Of a stretch of DNA of 64,000 bases, positions 30,413 to 38,494 are shown one piece after another (within the stretch, counting starts at the first letter, position 1; every line of letters starts with the position of its first letter). A program made the translations under genes and the position numbers. This DNA comes from an uncultured Gammaproteobacteria bacterium (GTDB taxonomy: Bacteria > Pseudomonadota > Gammaproteobacteria > Arenicellales > CAJQKF01). The stretch covers positions 3,071-67,070 of the forward strand of contig CBFGVH010000004.1 of NCBI GenBank assembly GCA_965652415.1. Reading direction: 5' to 3'. The notes under the pieces were generated by a model. That model saw only the letters and a list, made by a program, of their open reading frames with translations. It made no database searches and had not been told where the DNA came from.

Positions 30413-31300
30413 CTACGGCCAGAACTCGACCGGGTCGTCGGCGGGCATGAATCGTTCGACCGTGGTGACGCCGAAAAGCCGACCCGGCCCCGCATGGGGC
30501 CGGTTGCGGGACATGAGTACATTGTCGTAGCCGGACTTCTCCAGGGCCTGGCCGGTCGCGGCGTTCATGTCGGCGGCGTCGCCGAACGGCAGCGAGAACA
30601 GTTCGCTGATGCGCCGGCCGTCGAGTCGCGCCAGCATCTCGCCCGTGGCACGGATCTCCGCCAACTGGCGCCTGACGTCCAGGGACGACATCACGTAGTG
30701 GTGGTGCCCGTGGTTGCCGTAGGCGACAAGCGGGTGGCCCGGCAGGTCCTCGATCCGTGACACGCACCAGTCGAGGTTCGCGGCCGGAGCGCCCTTGAAC
30801 TCGAGGAAACGGTCGAGTTCGGCGTCGATCCGGGCACTGTCGATGGACGGGTCCTTGCTGTAGCGGTAGAACCGCCGGCCGGCAATCGGCTCGATGCCCC
30901 GCATGAACGACTCGAAGTCGCTCACCCAGCCCATGGCCTCGACCAGCCGGACCTTGTCGCGCCAGAACGCTGCCCCGTCGAAGGCGGCGCCGTTCAGGTA
31001 CACGGTGAACGGGACACCGAGCGACTCGAGCACCGGCAGGGCCGAGTCGAACACCGAGCGATAGCCGTCGTCGAAGGTCACGGCCGCGTAACCGCGCGGA
31101 TCGGGCAGGGCCGCGAATGTGTCGACGTCGACGAATTCGAAGCACCGGCCGACGGCCTCGAGCTGGGCGCGCAGCACCGACGGCCGCACGTTGTGCAGGC
31201 CGCCGGCAAGCACTGCCGGGGGCCGTTCGAAGACGGCGTGGTAAAGCAGCACCAGCCCGCATTTGTTCGCCAGCGCCGCGCCGGCTGCCGTGACGTCCAC
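30413..31300 (-). CDS. Polysaccharide deacetylase (NodB-homology) family protein
   Basis: 295 aa with a GTG start that overlaps the M24 stop by 1 nt. 'VTFDDGYRSV' and 'YGNHGHHH'. Confidence 0.75.
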   Translation of the reverse strand: MDVTAAGAALANKCGLVLLYHAVFERPPAVLAGGLHNVRPSVLRAQLEAVGRCFEFVDVDTFAALPDPRGYAAVTFDDGYRSVFDSALPVLESLGVPFTVYLNGAAFDGAAFWRDKVRLVEAMGWVSDFESFMRGIEPIAGRRFYRYSKDPSIDSARIDAELDRFLEFKGAPAANLDWCVSRIEDLPGHPLVAYGNHGHHHYVMSSLDVRRQLAEIRATGEMLARLDGRRISELFSLPFGDAADMNAATGQALEKSGYDNVLMSRNRPHAGPGRLFGVTTVERFMPADDPVEFWP

Positions 31301-32460
31301 TATCGAACGATCAGCTCGCGGCCATGGCGCGACAGCCGCTCGTTGCCGGTGTCGCCGACGATGAACGTCTCACCCAGCGTCATGGCGCGGGCGCTGTTGC
31401 TGTTCATCAGGATCATGTGCAGGAACATCACCATGCCCGGTTCGATCACTTGGCGGTTGCCGTCGTGGCACATGGGATAGTCCATCCAGCTCGGCGTGAA
31501 GCGGGCGCCGAGGCTGTAGCCGCAGGCGTTGAGCCGGTGCGCGGCGAGACCGGCACCGTCGAGCGCGCGGGCGTGCGCGTGGAACACGTCGTGCGCGCTC
31601 GCTCCGGGCACCATTGCCTCGTCGCAGGCCGCCAGCGCCTCGGCGGCGGCCTCGTACAGGTAGCGGTGTTCCGGGTGCACCTCGCCGACCAGCACGGTGC
31701 GCATCATAGCGGCGTGGTAGTGCCGGAACACGCCGGCGAACTCCAAGGTGAGCTGGTCCGGTTCGTCGAGGCGGCGCCGCCCCGAGGCATAGCGGCACAA
31801 CAATGCGCGCTCGCCCGAGCCGATGATGAACTCGTTGCCGGGATAATCGCCGCCGCCAGCGAACACCGCGCCCTGCATGGCGGCGAGAACCTGGCCCTCG
31901 TCGGCGCCCGGGCCGATCAGTGCAATGCCGGCATCGAGGGCGTCGTCGGCCAGCGCTGCGGCACGACGCACGTGTTCGAGCTCGGCGGTCGACTTCACCA
32001 TGCGCAGCGTGCTGACGAGTTCGGAGTGATCCGCGACGGTGCAGAACCCGTCCAGCGCGTCCTCGAGTTCGCGGCCGCGGCGATGGGTCAGTCCGTAGCT
32101 CTCGAACTCGGCGCCCAGGCGCGCGCCCTTCATCCCGTGCGCGGCGAGCAGGTCGCGCAGCCGGGGGGCCGGCCCCCCGTCGACGCCGTCCACCCAGACG
32201 TGTATTTCGTCGATGATGGAGGTGAGCTGCGCCTGCCGCAGGTCCGCCGAGCGGGTCAGCAGGAACAAGGCGCCGTCGGCACCGAAGAACAGGCACTGGA
32301 AGAAGCAGAACCCGAATGTCTCGTAGCCGGTCAGGTAGTACATGCTCTCCTGGCGAAACAGCAGCAGGCCGTCGAGCGAATGCGCGACCATGGCGGTGCG
32401 AAGGCGCTGCTGGCGCTCGAGGAACTCCGATCGCGGGAATGGCAGTGCGCCCGGGTTCAT
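31300..32460 (-). CDS. M24-family metallopeptidase (Xaa-Pro peptidase/creatinase-like)
   Basis: 386 aa. Creatinase-N-like N-domain ('LDGLLLFRQESMYYLTGY') and a pita-bread C-domain ('GYSLGARF', 'EPGMVMFLH'). Confidence 0.8.
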   Translation of the reverse strand: MNPGALPFPRSEFLERQQRLRTAMVAHSLDGLLLFRQESMYYLTGYETFGFCFFQCLFFGADGALFLLTRSADLRQAQLTSIIDEIHVWVDGVDGGPAPRLRDLLAAHGMKGARLGAEFESYGLTHRRGRELEDALDGFCTVADHSELVSTLRMVKSTAELEHVRRAAALADDALDAGIALIGPGADEGQVLAAMQGAVFAGGGDYPGNEFIIGSGERALLCRYASGRRRLDEPDQLTLEFAGVFRHYHAAMMRTVLVGEVHPEHRYLYEAAAEALAACDEAMVPGASAHDVFHAHARALDGAGLAAHRLNACGYSLGARFTPSWMDYPMCHDGNRQVIEPGMVMFLHMILMNSNSARAMTLGETFIVGDTGNERLSRHGRELIVR

Positions 32461-32473
32461 GCGTACCTCCGGC

Positions 32474-32797
32474 TCAGTAGCTCAACAGTTCAAGGAAGAA
32501 AGGCAGCCACGCCCCGACCAGCAGCACCAACAGGAGCGCATCGAATCGGATCACCGTGGTCAGCCGGGCGCGCTCGGCGCCTTCGGCGGACGCGCGTCCG
32601 ATCGCCGCCATGGTCATGTCGAGCGGCAGCACGAAAAAGAAGATCGGCACCAGCGCCGGGGCGATCAGCGTCGGCCACATGGCAAAACCGCTGCGGGCAC
32701 TTTCGCCGCCGGCGAAGGGCGCGGATAATACGAGCACCAGCAGGAATGCCGCGTGCATCACGCGCAGCGGACCGATCTTCCTCAAGAATTCAGGCAT
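32474..32797 (-). CDS. Small hypothetical membrane protein (3 predicted TM helices)
   Basis: 107 aa with hydrophobic stretches 'MHAAFLLVLVLSAPF', 'LIAPALVPIFFFVLPL' and 'ALLLVLLVGAWLPFFL'. No recognisable family. Start uncertain (ATG at 32797 or 32758). Confidence 0.4.
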   Translation of the reverse strand: MPEFLRKIGPLRVMHAAFLLVLVLSAPFAGGESARSGFAMWPTLIAPALVPIFFFVLPLDMTMAAIGRASAEGAERARLTTVIRFDALLLVLLVGAWLPFFLELLSY

Positions 32798-33866
32798 GTC
32801 TCATCTCAGGGCGCGAGCTTCGGGCGCGCCGTATTCTACGCCAGGGCAGGTTCGAATTGCCCGCGCCCGGCTCGCACTGGCCGCTGCAATCATGGTTCTC
32901 GTCCACGGCGTCGGCGCCAACGACGCGGTACCGGTGTCGGTCGAGCCGCTGTCCGCGCTCGCCGTCACCCTGTCCGGGTCGGCGCCCGGCACCGCTGTCA
33001 GCCTCCACCACACCGAGGTGGCCTCGCGTCTTGCCGGGGTGATCGACTCGATCGCGGTCGAGGCCGGCGACCGCGTGGCGACCGGCGACGTGCTCGCCGA
33101 ACTCGACTGCACCGAGTACGCCCGCGAACTCGCCCGCCACGAGGCGCAGCTCGAGGCCCTCGAGGCGCGACGCACCCTTGCCGACGCGCAGCTTCAGCGC
33201 GCCCTGAAGCTGCTGCCGACCCGCAACATCCCCGAGGAACAGGTCAACCAGCGGCGAGCCGAATTCGACGTCGCCAGCGCCGAGATCGTCGCCCAGAAGG
33301 CCCAGGTCGCGATCTCCCGGCGCCAGGTCGAACACTGCCGCATCGTGAGCCCGTTCGACGGCGTCGTCACCCGGCGCACGGCAAGCCTCGGCGCCTACGT
33401 CTCTCCCGGCACGGCAGTGGCCGAGGTCATCGATACGGAGCGCGTCGAGGTGTCGAGCCAGGTGCCGCTGGGCGACGTCGGGCAGCTTGCAACGAGGCCG
33501 CTTTCGTTTCGCACTGACAACGGGGAGTACGAGGTTGCGCTTCGCACCCTGGTGCCGCTGATCGACGCCTCCAGCCGCAGCCAGGAGGCGCGCCTTCGAT
33601 TCGCGGGTGAACCGGCAGTACCGGGAACACCCGGACGGGTGGTCTGGGTCGCCGACGACAGCGCCGTGCCGGCCCACCTGCTGGTGGCCCACGACGGCGC
33701 GCTCGGCGTCTACGTCGCCGACGACGGCGTCGCCCGCTTCGTGCCGCTGCCGGGCGCCGTGGAAGGACGGGCGGCGGCCGCCAATCTCGATCCCGACACC
33801 CTGGTCATCACGCTCGGACGCCATGCCGTCGCCCCGGGCCGGCCGATCGTAGTCGAAACCGACTGA
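32796..33866 (+). CDS. Efflux RND transporter periplasmic adaptor subunit (MFP)
   Basis: The track ORF starts at 32556. The only canonical in-frame start ahead of the signal-like 'RIARARLALAAAIMVLVHGVGA' is the ATG at 32796. Lipoyl and coiled-coil segments ('GDRVATGDVLAELD', 'EAQLEALEARRTLADAQLQRA'). Confidence 0.8.
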   Translation: MSHLRARASGAPYSTPGQVRIARARLALAAAIMVLVHGVGANDAVPVSVEPLSALAVTLSGSAPGTAVSLHHTEVASRLAGVIDSIAVEAGDRVATGDVLAELDCTEYARELARHEAQLEALEARRTLADAQLQRALKLLPTRNIPEEQVNQRRAEFDVASAEIVAQKAQVAISRRQVEHCRIVSPFDGVVTRRTASLGAYVSPGTAVAEVIDTERVEVSSQVPLGDVGQLATRPLSFRTDNGEYEVALRTLVPLIDASSRSQEARLRFAGEPAVPGTPGRVVWVADDSAVPAHLLVAHDGALGVYVADDGVARFVPLPGAVEGRAAAANLDPDTLVITLGRHAVAPGRPIVVETD

Positions 33867-33912
33867 AGCCGCCTGCAACATCGACCCGCCGGGAGACCCG
33901 TTTCCAAGGCCC

Positions 33913-36900
33913 ATGCTGCGCGTACTGATCCGCAACCACGTTCTCGCCAACGCCCTGTTCGTGCTGGTCCTGGCACTGGGCACGGCCGCCTACGTGACCA
34001 TGCCGCGCGAGCAGGACCCGACCATCAACTTCAACTGGATCGACATCACCACGGTGTTCCCGGGCGCCTCGGCCGAGGATATCGAGAAACGCGTCACCGA
34101 CGTCATCGAGGATGCCGTGCGCAAGCTGTCGGACGTGCGCTTCGTGGCCAGCACCAGCCGCGAGGGCGTTTCCAACGTGGTTGTGCGCTTCAACGAGATC
34201 TCGCCCGCATTGTTCGACAAGCGGGTCAACGACTTGAGGCGCGAAATCCAGAACAAGGAGGTGGAACTGCCCCAGGACGCCCTCGACCCGGTGATCTTCG
34301 AGGTCACCAGCGCCAACGCCTTCCCCACGGCCACCATCGTCATATCCGGCCGGGCCTACGACGAGAACCTGCGCCGCGCTGCCCACCTGGCCCGCGACGA
34401 GGTCGAGCAGCTGCGCGGCGTCGATCGGGTGCTGGCGACCTCCCTGCCCGATCCCGAGGTCGTCGTGCGCCTCGACGCCGCGAAGGTCCATTCCCTCGGC
34501 CTGTCGCCAATATCTATCGCGAACGCCATAGAGGCCCAGTTCCGCGACGTCGCCGCCGGCAGCGTCTCCGTGGACGACCAGCGCTGGCTCGTGCGGCTGA
34601 TCGGCACCAGCGACGACCTGGGCCTGTTGTCGCGAGTGCCCCTGCCGGCGGCTGATGGCGAAGTGCTGCTCGAGGACGTCGCCGACATCGAACGCGGCAT
34701 GGACGAGTTGCGCACGGGCGTGCGCTACCGGGGGCGGCCGGCCGCCATGCTGGCGGTGACCAAGTCGCCCGGAACCAACAACCTTGCCCTGGTCGAGCGG
34801 CTCGAGGAATGGGCCGCAGGCTACAACGAGGCCATGGCTCATCGCGGAGTCAATGCCGAACTCGTCGACGACCAGACCCAGGTCACCCGCGACGCCCTCA
34901 ACGTGATGCAGACCAACGCCGCGCTCGGCCTGGCGCTCGTTCTGGTTGTCACCTGGCTGTTCGTGGGCGCGCGTATCGCCGTGCTCACCTGTCTCGGCAT
35001 CCCCTTCATCCTCGCCGGTACGTTCTGGGCCCTGTCGGCGCTCGACCAGACCGTCAACGTCAGCGTGCTGCTCGGTGTGGTAATCAGCCTGGGCATGCTG
35101 GTCGACGACGCGGTGGTGGTGGTCGAGTCCATCTACCAGCGCCTGCAGCACGGCATCGACGCCATGACCGCGTCGCTCGAGTCGCTCGCCGAGGTCGCGG
35201 CGCCTGTGACCACCGCCGTGCTCACCACCATGGCCGCGTTTCTGCCGCTGATGCTGCTGCCGGGCATTCTCGGCCAGTTCATGATGGTGATTCCGCTGGT
35301 GGTGACAGTGGCGCTGGCGATCAGCCTGGTCGAGGCGTTCTGGATGCTCCCGGTGCACATCACGGCGATGAGTCCCGACTTTTCCTCTCCCGGACGCATC
35401 CAGCGACTGCGCAACCGGATGCTGGCCGCCATCCGGCGAACCTACACGCGGCTGCTGGTGCGCGTCATCCGCCATCCGGCGGTCTTCGCGGTGCTGATCC
35501 TTGCGCTAATCGCCGGCGCCGGCGCCGCGGTGGCGACCGGCGCGATACGCATGGATTTCTTCGCCAGCGACCCGCTCAGGATCTTTTACGTCAACGTGCA
35601 GATGCCGAGCGACACGCCGCTCGAGGCGACCATGGAGCACGTGGAGCGGATCGAGCGCGCGGTGCGCGCCGGACTCGACGAGGACGAGGTGCGTTCCGTG
35701 GTGAGCTACGCCGGCCAGCAGTTCACCGAGATCGAGCCGCTGTTCGGCGACCGCTACGGGCAGGTGCTGGTATCGCTCAAGCCGGCGCGCGGAGAACTGC
35801 GCCCGGTGGACGAGGTGATCGACGCCCTCCGTCCGGTGCTCGAGCGTATTCCGGGCGCCTCGCGCATCACTTTCCTGCGCCTCGCCGGCGGGCCGCCGAC
35901 TTCCAAGCCCATCAACGTCAAGTTGCGCGGCGACGACTCCGCCGCCATCGGCGCCGCGGTAGAGGACCTGACAGCCTTCCTGGAGGCGCGCGCCGACGTG
36001 CACGACGTCGAGGACGACCGCTCCCAGGGACAGCTCGAGTTCCGCCTGCGCATCCGCCACGACGCCCTCGCCCGCTCCGGCGTCGATCCCGCCGTGCTGG
36101 CGCGGACCGTGCGCCTGCTGGTCGACGGCGAGGTCCTGACCAGCTTCCAGGACCGCGGCGAGAAGGTCGAGCTTCGCCTGCGGCTCGAGGGCGACGGCCG
36201 CCACGACATCGCCCGGCTGCTCGAATTCACGCTGCCGGCGACCGACGGCCGCCAAGTCGCCCTTTCCACGCTTCTGGAAGCGGACACCTCGCGCGGCGCC
36301 GGCACCATTCGTCACTACAATTTCCGGCGTACCGTCACCGTCAGCGCCGACATCGACAGCGACCAGATCGACACCGTGGCCATCAACAACGCCATCCGCT
36401 CCTGGTGGGAGCAGGCACGCGAGCGTCACCCCGGCATCGGCCTGGACTTCACCGGCGTGCTCGACGACATCGAGGAGAGCATCGACGCCATCGGCCGGCT
36501 TTTCCTGCTCGGCGTCGGCCTGATCTACCTGATCCTGGGCACGCAGTTTCGCAGCTACTTCCAGCCCATGATGATCCTGTCCAGCATTCCGCTGGCCTTC
36601 ACCGGCGTGGTGGCGGGCCTGCTCATCAGCAAGACGCCGCTCAGCCTGTTCACCCTGTACGGCGTGGTGGCGCTTGCCGGGATCGCGGTCAACTCGGCCA
36701 TCGTCCTGATCTCGGCGGCCAATGCCCGCCTCGACGCCGGCTACACGGTGATCCACGCCATCGTCTACGCGGCGCGCCGCCGCGTGGTGCCGATACTGAT
36801 CACCTCGCTGACCACCATCGCCGGGCTGTTCTCGCTCGCCACGGGCCTGGGCGGCAAGTCCCTGATCTGGGGCCCGGTCGCCACCTCCATCGTGTGGGGG

Positions 36901-37014
36901 CTGGGAATCTCGAGCCTGCTCACCCTGTTCTTCGTACCGGTGCTCTATCGCCTGTTCATGGTTCGCAGCCACCGCGCGAGGCCGGCGGCGCAGCGCCTGC
37001 AGGCGTCCCGGTGA
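33913..37014 (+). CDS. Efflux RND transporter permease (AcrB/HAE family)
   Basis: 1033 aa with 12-TM RND architecture: 'FPGASAEDIE', 'MLVDDAVVVVE', 'GIAVNSAIVL'. Confidence 0.95.
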   Translation: MLRVLIRNHVLANALFVLVLALGTAAYVTMPREQDPTINFNWIDITTVFPGASAEDIEKRVTDVIEDAVRKLSDVRFVASTSREGVSNVVVRFNEISPALFDKRVNDLRREIQNKEVELPQDALDPVIFEVTSANAFPTATIVISGRAYDENLRRAAHLARDEVEQLRGVDRVLATSLPDPEVVVRLDAAKVHSLGLSPISIANAIEAQFRDVAAGSVSVDDQRWLVRLIGTSDDLGLLSRVPLPAADGEVLLEDVADIERGMDELRTGVRYRGRPAAMLAVTKSPGTNNLALVERLEEWAAGYNEAMAHRGVNAELVDDQTQVTRDALNVMQTNAALGLALVLVVTWLFVGARIAVLTCLGIPFILAGTFWALSALDQTVNVSVLLGVVISLGMLVDDAVVVVESIYQRLQHGIDAMTASLESLAEVAAPVTTAVLTTMAAFLPLMLLPGILGQFMMVIPLVVTVALAISLVEAFWMLPVHITAMSPDFSSPGRIQRLRNRMLAAIRRTYTRLLVRVIRHPAVFAVLILALIAGAGAAVATGAIRMDFFASDPLRIFYVNVQMPSDTPLEATMEHVERIERAVRAGLDEDEVRSVVSYAGQQFTEIEPLFGDRYGQVLVSLKPARGELRPVDEVIDALRPVLERIPGASRITFLRLAGGPPTSKPINVKLRGDDSAAIGAAVEDLTAFLEARADVHDVEDDRSQGQLEFRLRIRHDALARSGVDPAVLARTVRLLVDGEVLTSFQDRGEKVELRLRLEGDGRHDIARLLEFTLPATDGRQVALSTLLEADTSRGAGTIRHYNFRRTVTVSADIDSDQIDTVAINNAIRSWWEQARERHPGIGLDFTGVLDDIEESIDAIGRLFLLGVGLIYLILGTQFRSYFQPMMILSSIPLAFTGVVAGLLISKTPLSLFTLYGVVALAGIAVNSAIVLISAANARLDAGYTVIHAIVYAARRRVVPILITSLTTIAGLFSLATGLGGKSLIWGPVATSIVWGLGISSLLTLFFVPVLYRLFMVRSHRARPAAQRLQASR

Positions 37015-37072
37015 TAAGATAGGAATCGCCGGCACAACCGTGCGGTGACTACTCCGCAGACCGGCAGGCGAC

Positions 37073-37459
37073 ATGCTGAAACGATTCGACGAATTCGGCC
37101 GCGATTTCCTCGAGACCGTCGGCCCCCGCCGCACCCGCGAGGCCGCCCTTCGATGCGCGACCTGTAGCGCGGTGATCTCGCACCGCCCGCGGCCCATCGA
37201 GCGCCGCGGCGCCCATCGCCACCACTTCGTCAATCCGCACGGCTTCTCCTTCCATGTCGGCTGCTTCGCCCATGCCGAGCGCACCGCCGGCAGCGGACGC
37301 GCGACGAGCGCGCATACCTGGTTTCCGGGTTACGCCTGGCGCATCGCCCTGTGCGCCCGCTGCGGCGTTCACGTCGGCTGGCGCTTCGACGGACCTCACG
37401 ACAGCTTCTTCGCGCTGATCCTCTCCCGCGTCATCGAGGCGCCGGGCGACGACCACTGA
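37073..37459 (+). CDS. Bacterial cereblon-like CULT-domain protein
   Basis: 128 aa. CxxC (C28/C31 'CATC') and CxxC (C94/C97 'CARC'). 'FVNPHGFSFHV', 'HTWFPGYAW' and 'HVGWRF' reproduce the cereblon thalidomide-binding-domain hallmarks, including all three cage Trp residues. Confidence 0.8.
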   Translation: MLKRFDEFGRDFLETVGPRRTREAALRCATCSAVISHRPRPIERRGAHRHHFVNPHGFSFHVGCFAHAERTAGSGRATSAHTWFPGYAWRIALCARCGVHVGWRFDGPHDSFFALILSRVIEAPGDDH

Positions 37460-37472
37460 CCGCCTCGCCACC

Positions 37473-37946
37473 GTGATCATCTACATCGCCCAATGCAAGG
37501 TGGGATCACCCGGCTTTTCCAGCCTGGTCGAGCGCCTGGACGCCGAACTGGGAGGCCTCTACCCGCCCGGCAGCAACCACCTCGACGCGATCGGCGACCT
37601 CGACGCTGCCGACGCCTTCGCCGTGGGCGCCTTCGACCTCATCGAGCAGGTCGGCTGCGGCGCGTTCAAGCGCATGACCGACGACGGCGTCTACGCGGAG
37701 ATCAAGCGCATCTACGTCGAGCCGCTGTATCGGGGCACCGGCATCGGCCGCCGCATTCTCGACGCCCTCGAGGACGAGATGCGCCGGCGCGGGCTCACGG
37801 TGGCGCGGCTCGAGACAGGCGTTGCAACCACCGAGCCTCTTGCCCTCTACGAAAAGGCCGGCTACCGGCGGCGCGGTCCGTTCGGCGGTTACCGCGACGA
37901 CATCCACAGCGCGTTCTTCGAGAAGCAGCTCGGCCTTCAGTGCTGA
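37473..37946 (+). CDS. GNAT family N-acetyltransferase
   Basis: 157 aa with a GTG start 13 nt after the CULT stop. Acetyl-CoA motif A 'IYVEPLYRGTGIGRRILDALE' and 'LYEKAGYRR'. Confidence 0.85.
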   Translation: MIIYIAQCKVGSPGFSSLVERLDAELGGLYPPGSNHLDAIGDLDAADAFAVGAFDLIEQVGCGAFKRMTDDGVYAEIKRIYVEPLYRGTGIGRRILDALEDEMRRRGLTVARLETGVATTEPLALYEKAGYRRRGPFGGYRDDIHSAFFEKQLGLQC

Positions 37947-38023
37947 GCGGTGACGATCGGGTATCATCCGGGGCCTGTCGACGCCGCCTGCCGCGTCGGC
38001 CAGCTATTCCGGGAGACGAATTC

Positions 38024-38485
38024 GTGAGCACCGCGATCTGGCAAAGTCCCCTCGACCTGGCGCTGGCCAACCGGCTGGTGCGCGGCACCGCCGTCGGGCA
38101 TCTCGGCATCGAGCTCACCGAGCTCGGCGACGACTACCTCGTCGGGCGCATGCCGGTCGACGAGCGCACCCGGCAGCCCGCCGGCGTGCTGCACGGCGGC
38201 GCCTCGGTGCTGCTTGCGGAGACGCTGGCCTCGTGGGCAGCGACCTTCTGCGTGGACACCCGCCGCAGTCACTGCGTGGGGCTGGAGATCAATGCCAATC
38301 ACCTGCGCCCGGTGACCGACGGCCACGTCGTCGGCACCGCGCGCCCCCTGCATCTCGGCCGCACCACCCACGTGTGGCAGGTCGAGATCGAGAACGCCGC
38401 GCGCAAGCCGGTGTGCATCTCGCGCGTGACCATGGCGGTGCTGCCGGTGCCGAGCGGCTACGTGCCGCAGGGGGAGCGGGACTGA
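38024..38485 (+). CDS. PaaI-family hotdog-fold thioesterase
   Basis: GTG at 38024 behind GGGAGA. 'GHLGIELTELGDDYLVGRMPVDERTRQPAGVLHGGASVLLAETLAS' and 'LHLGRTTHVW'. The upstream part of the track ORF overlaps the GNAT gene and was not called. Confidence 0.8.
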   Translation: MSTAIWQSPLDLALANRLVRGTAVGHLGIELTELGDDYLVGRMPVDERTRQPAGVLHGGASVLLAETLASWAATFCVDTRRSHCVGLEINANHLRPVTDGHVVGTARPLHLGRTTHVWQVEIENAARKPVCISRVTMAVLPVPSGYVPQGERD

Positions 38486-38494
38486 CGGCAGGGT

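Noticed and set aside
32758-32892. Head-to-head start codons of the small membrane protein (32797) and the RND adaptor (32796) sharing a CATG, as a possible overlapping divergent arrangement.
   Set aside because: This is probably a start-site ambiguity. Internal starts at 32758 (membrane protein) or 32892 (adaptor) are possible, so there is no independent support for a functional overlap.
33808-37284. Three ORFs of 555-737 aa (33808..35475 -, 34809..37022 +, 35506..37284 -) overlapping the RND permease.
   Set aside because: The frame at 33913..37014 gives a full-length AcrB-type protein. The others are compositionally biased (R/G/A/P/H runs) and have no recognisable domains.
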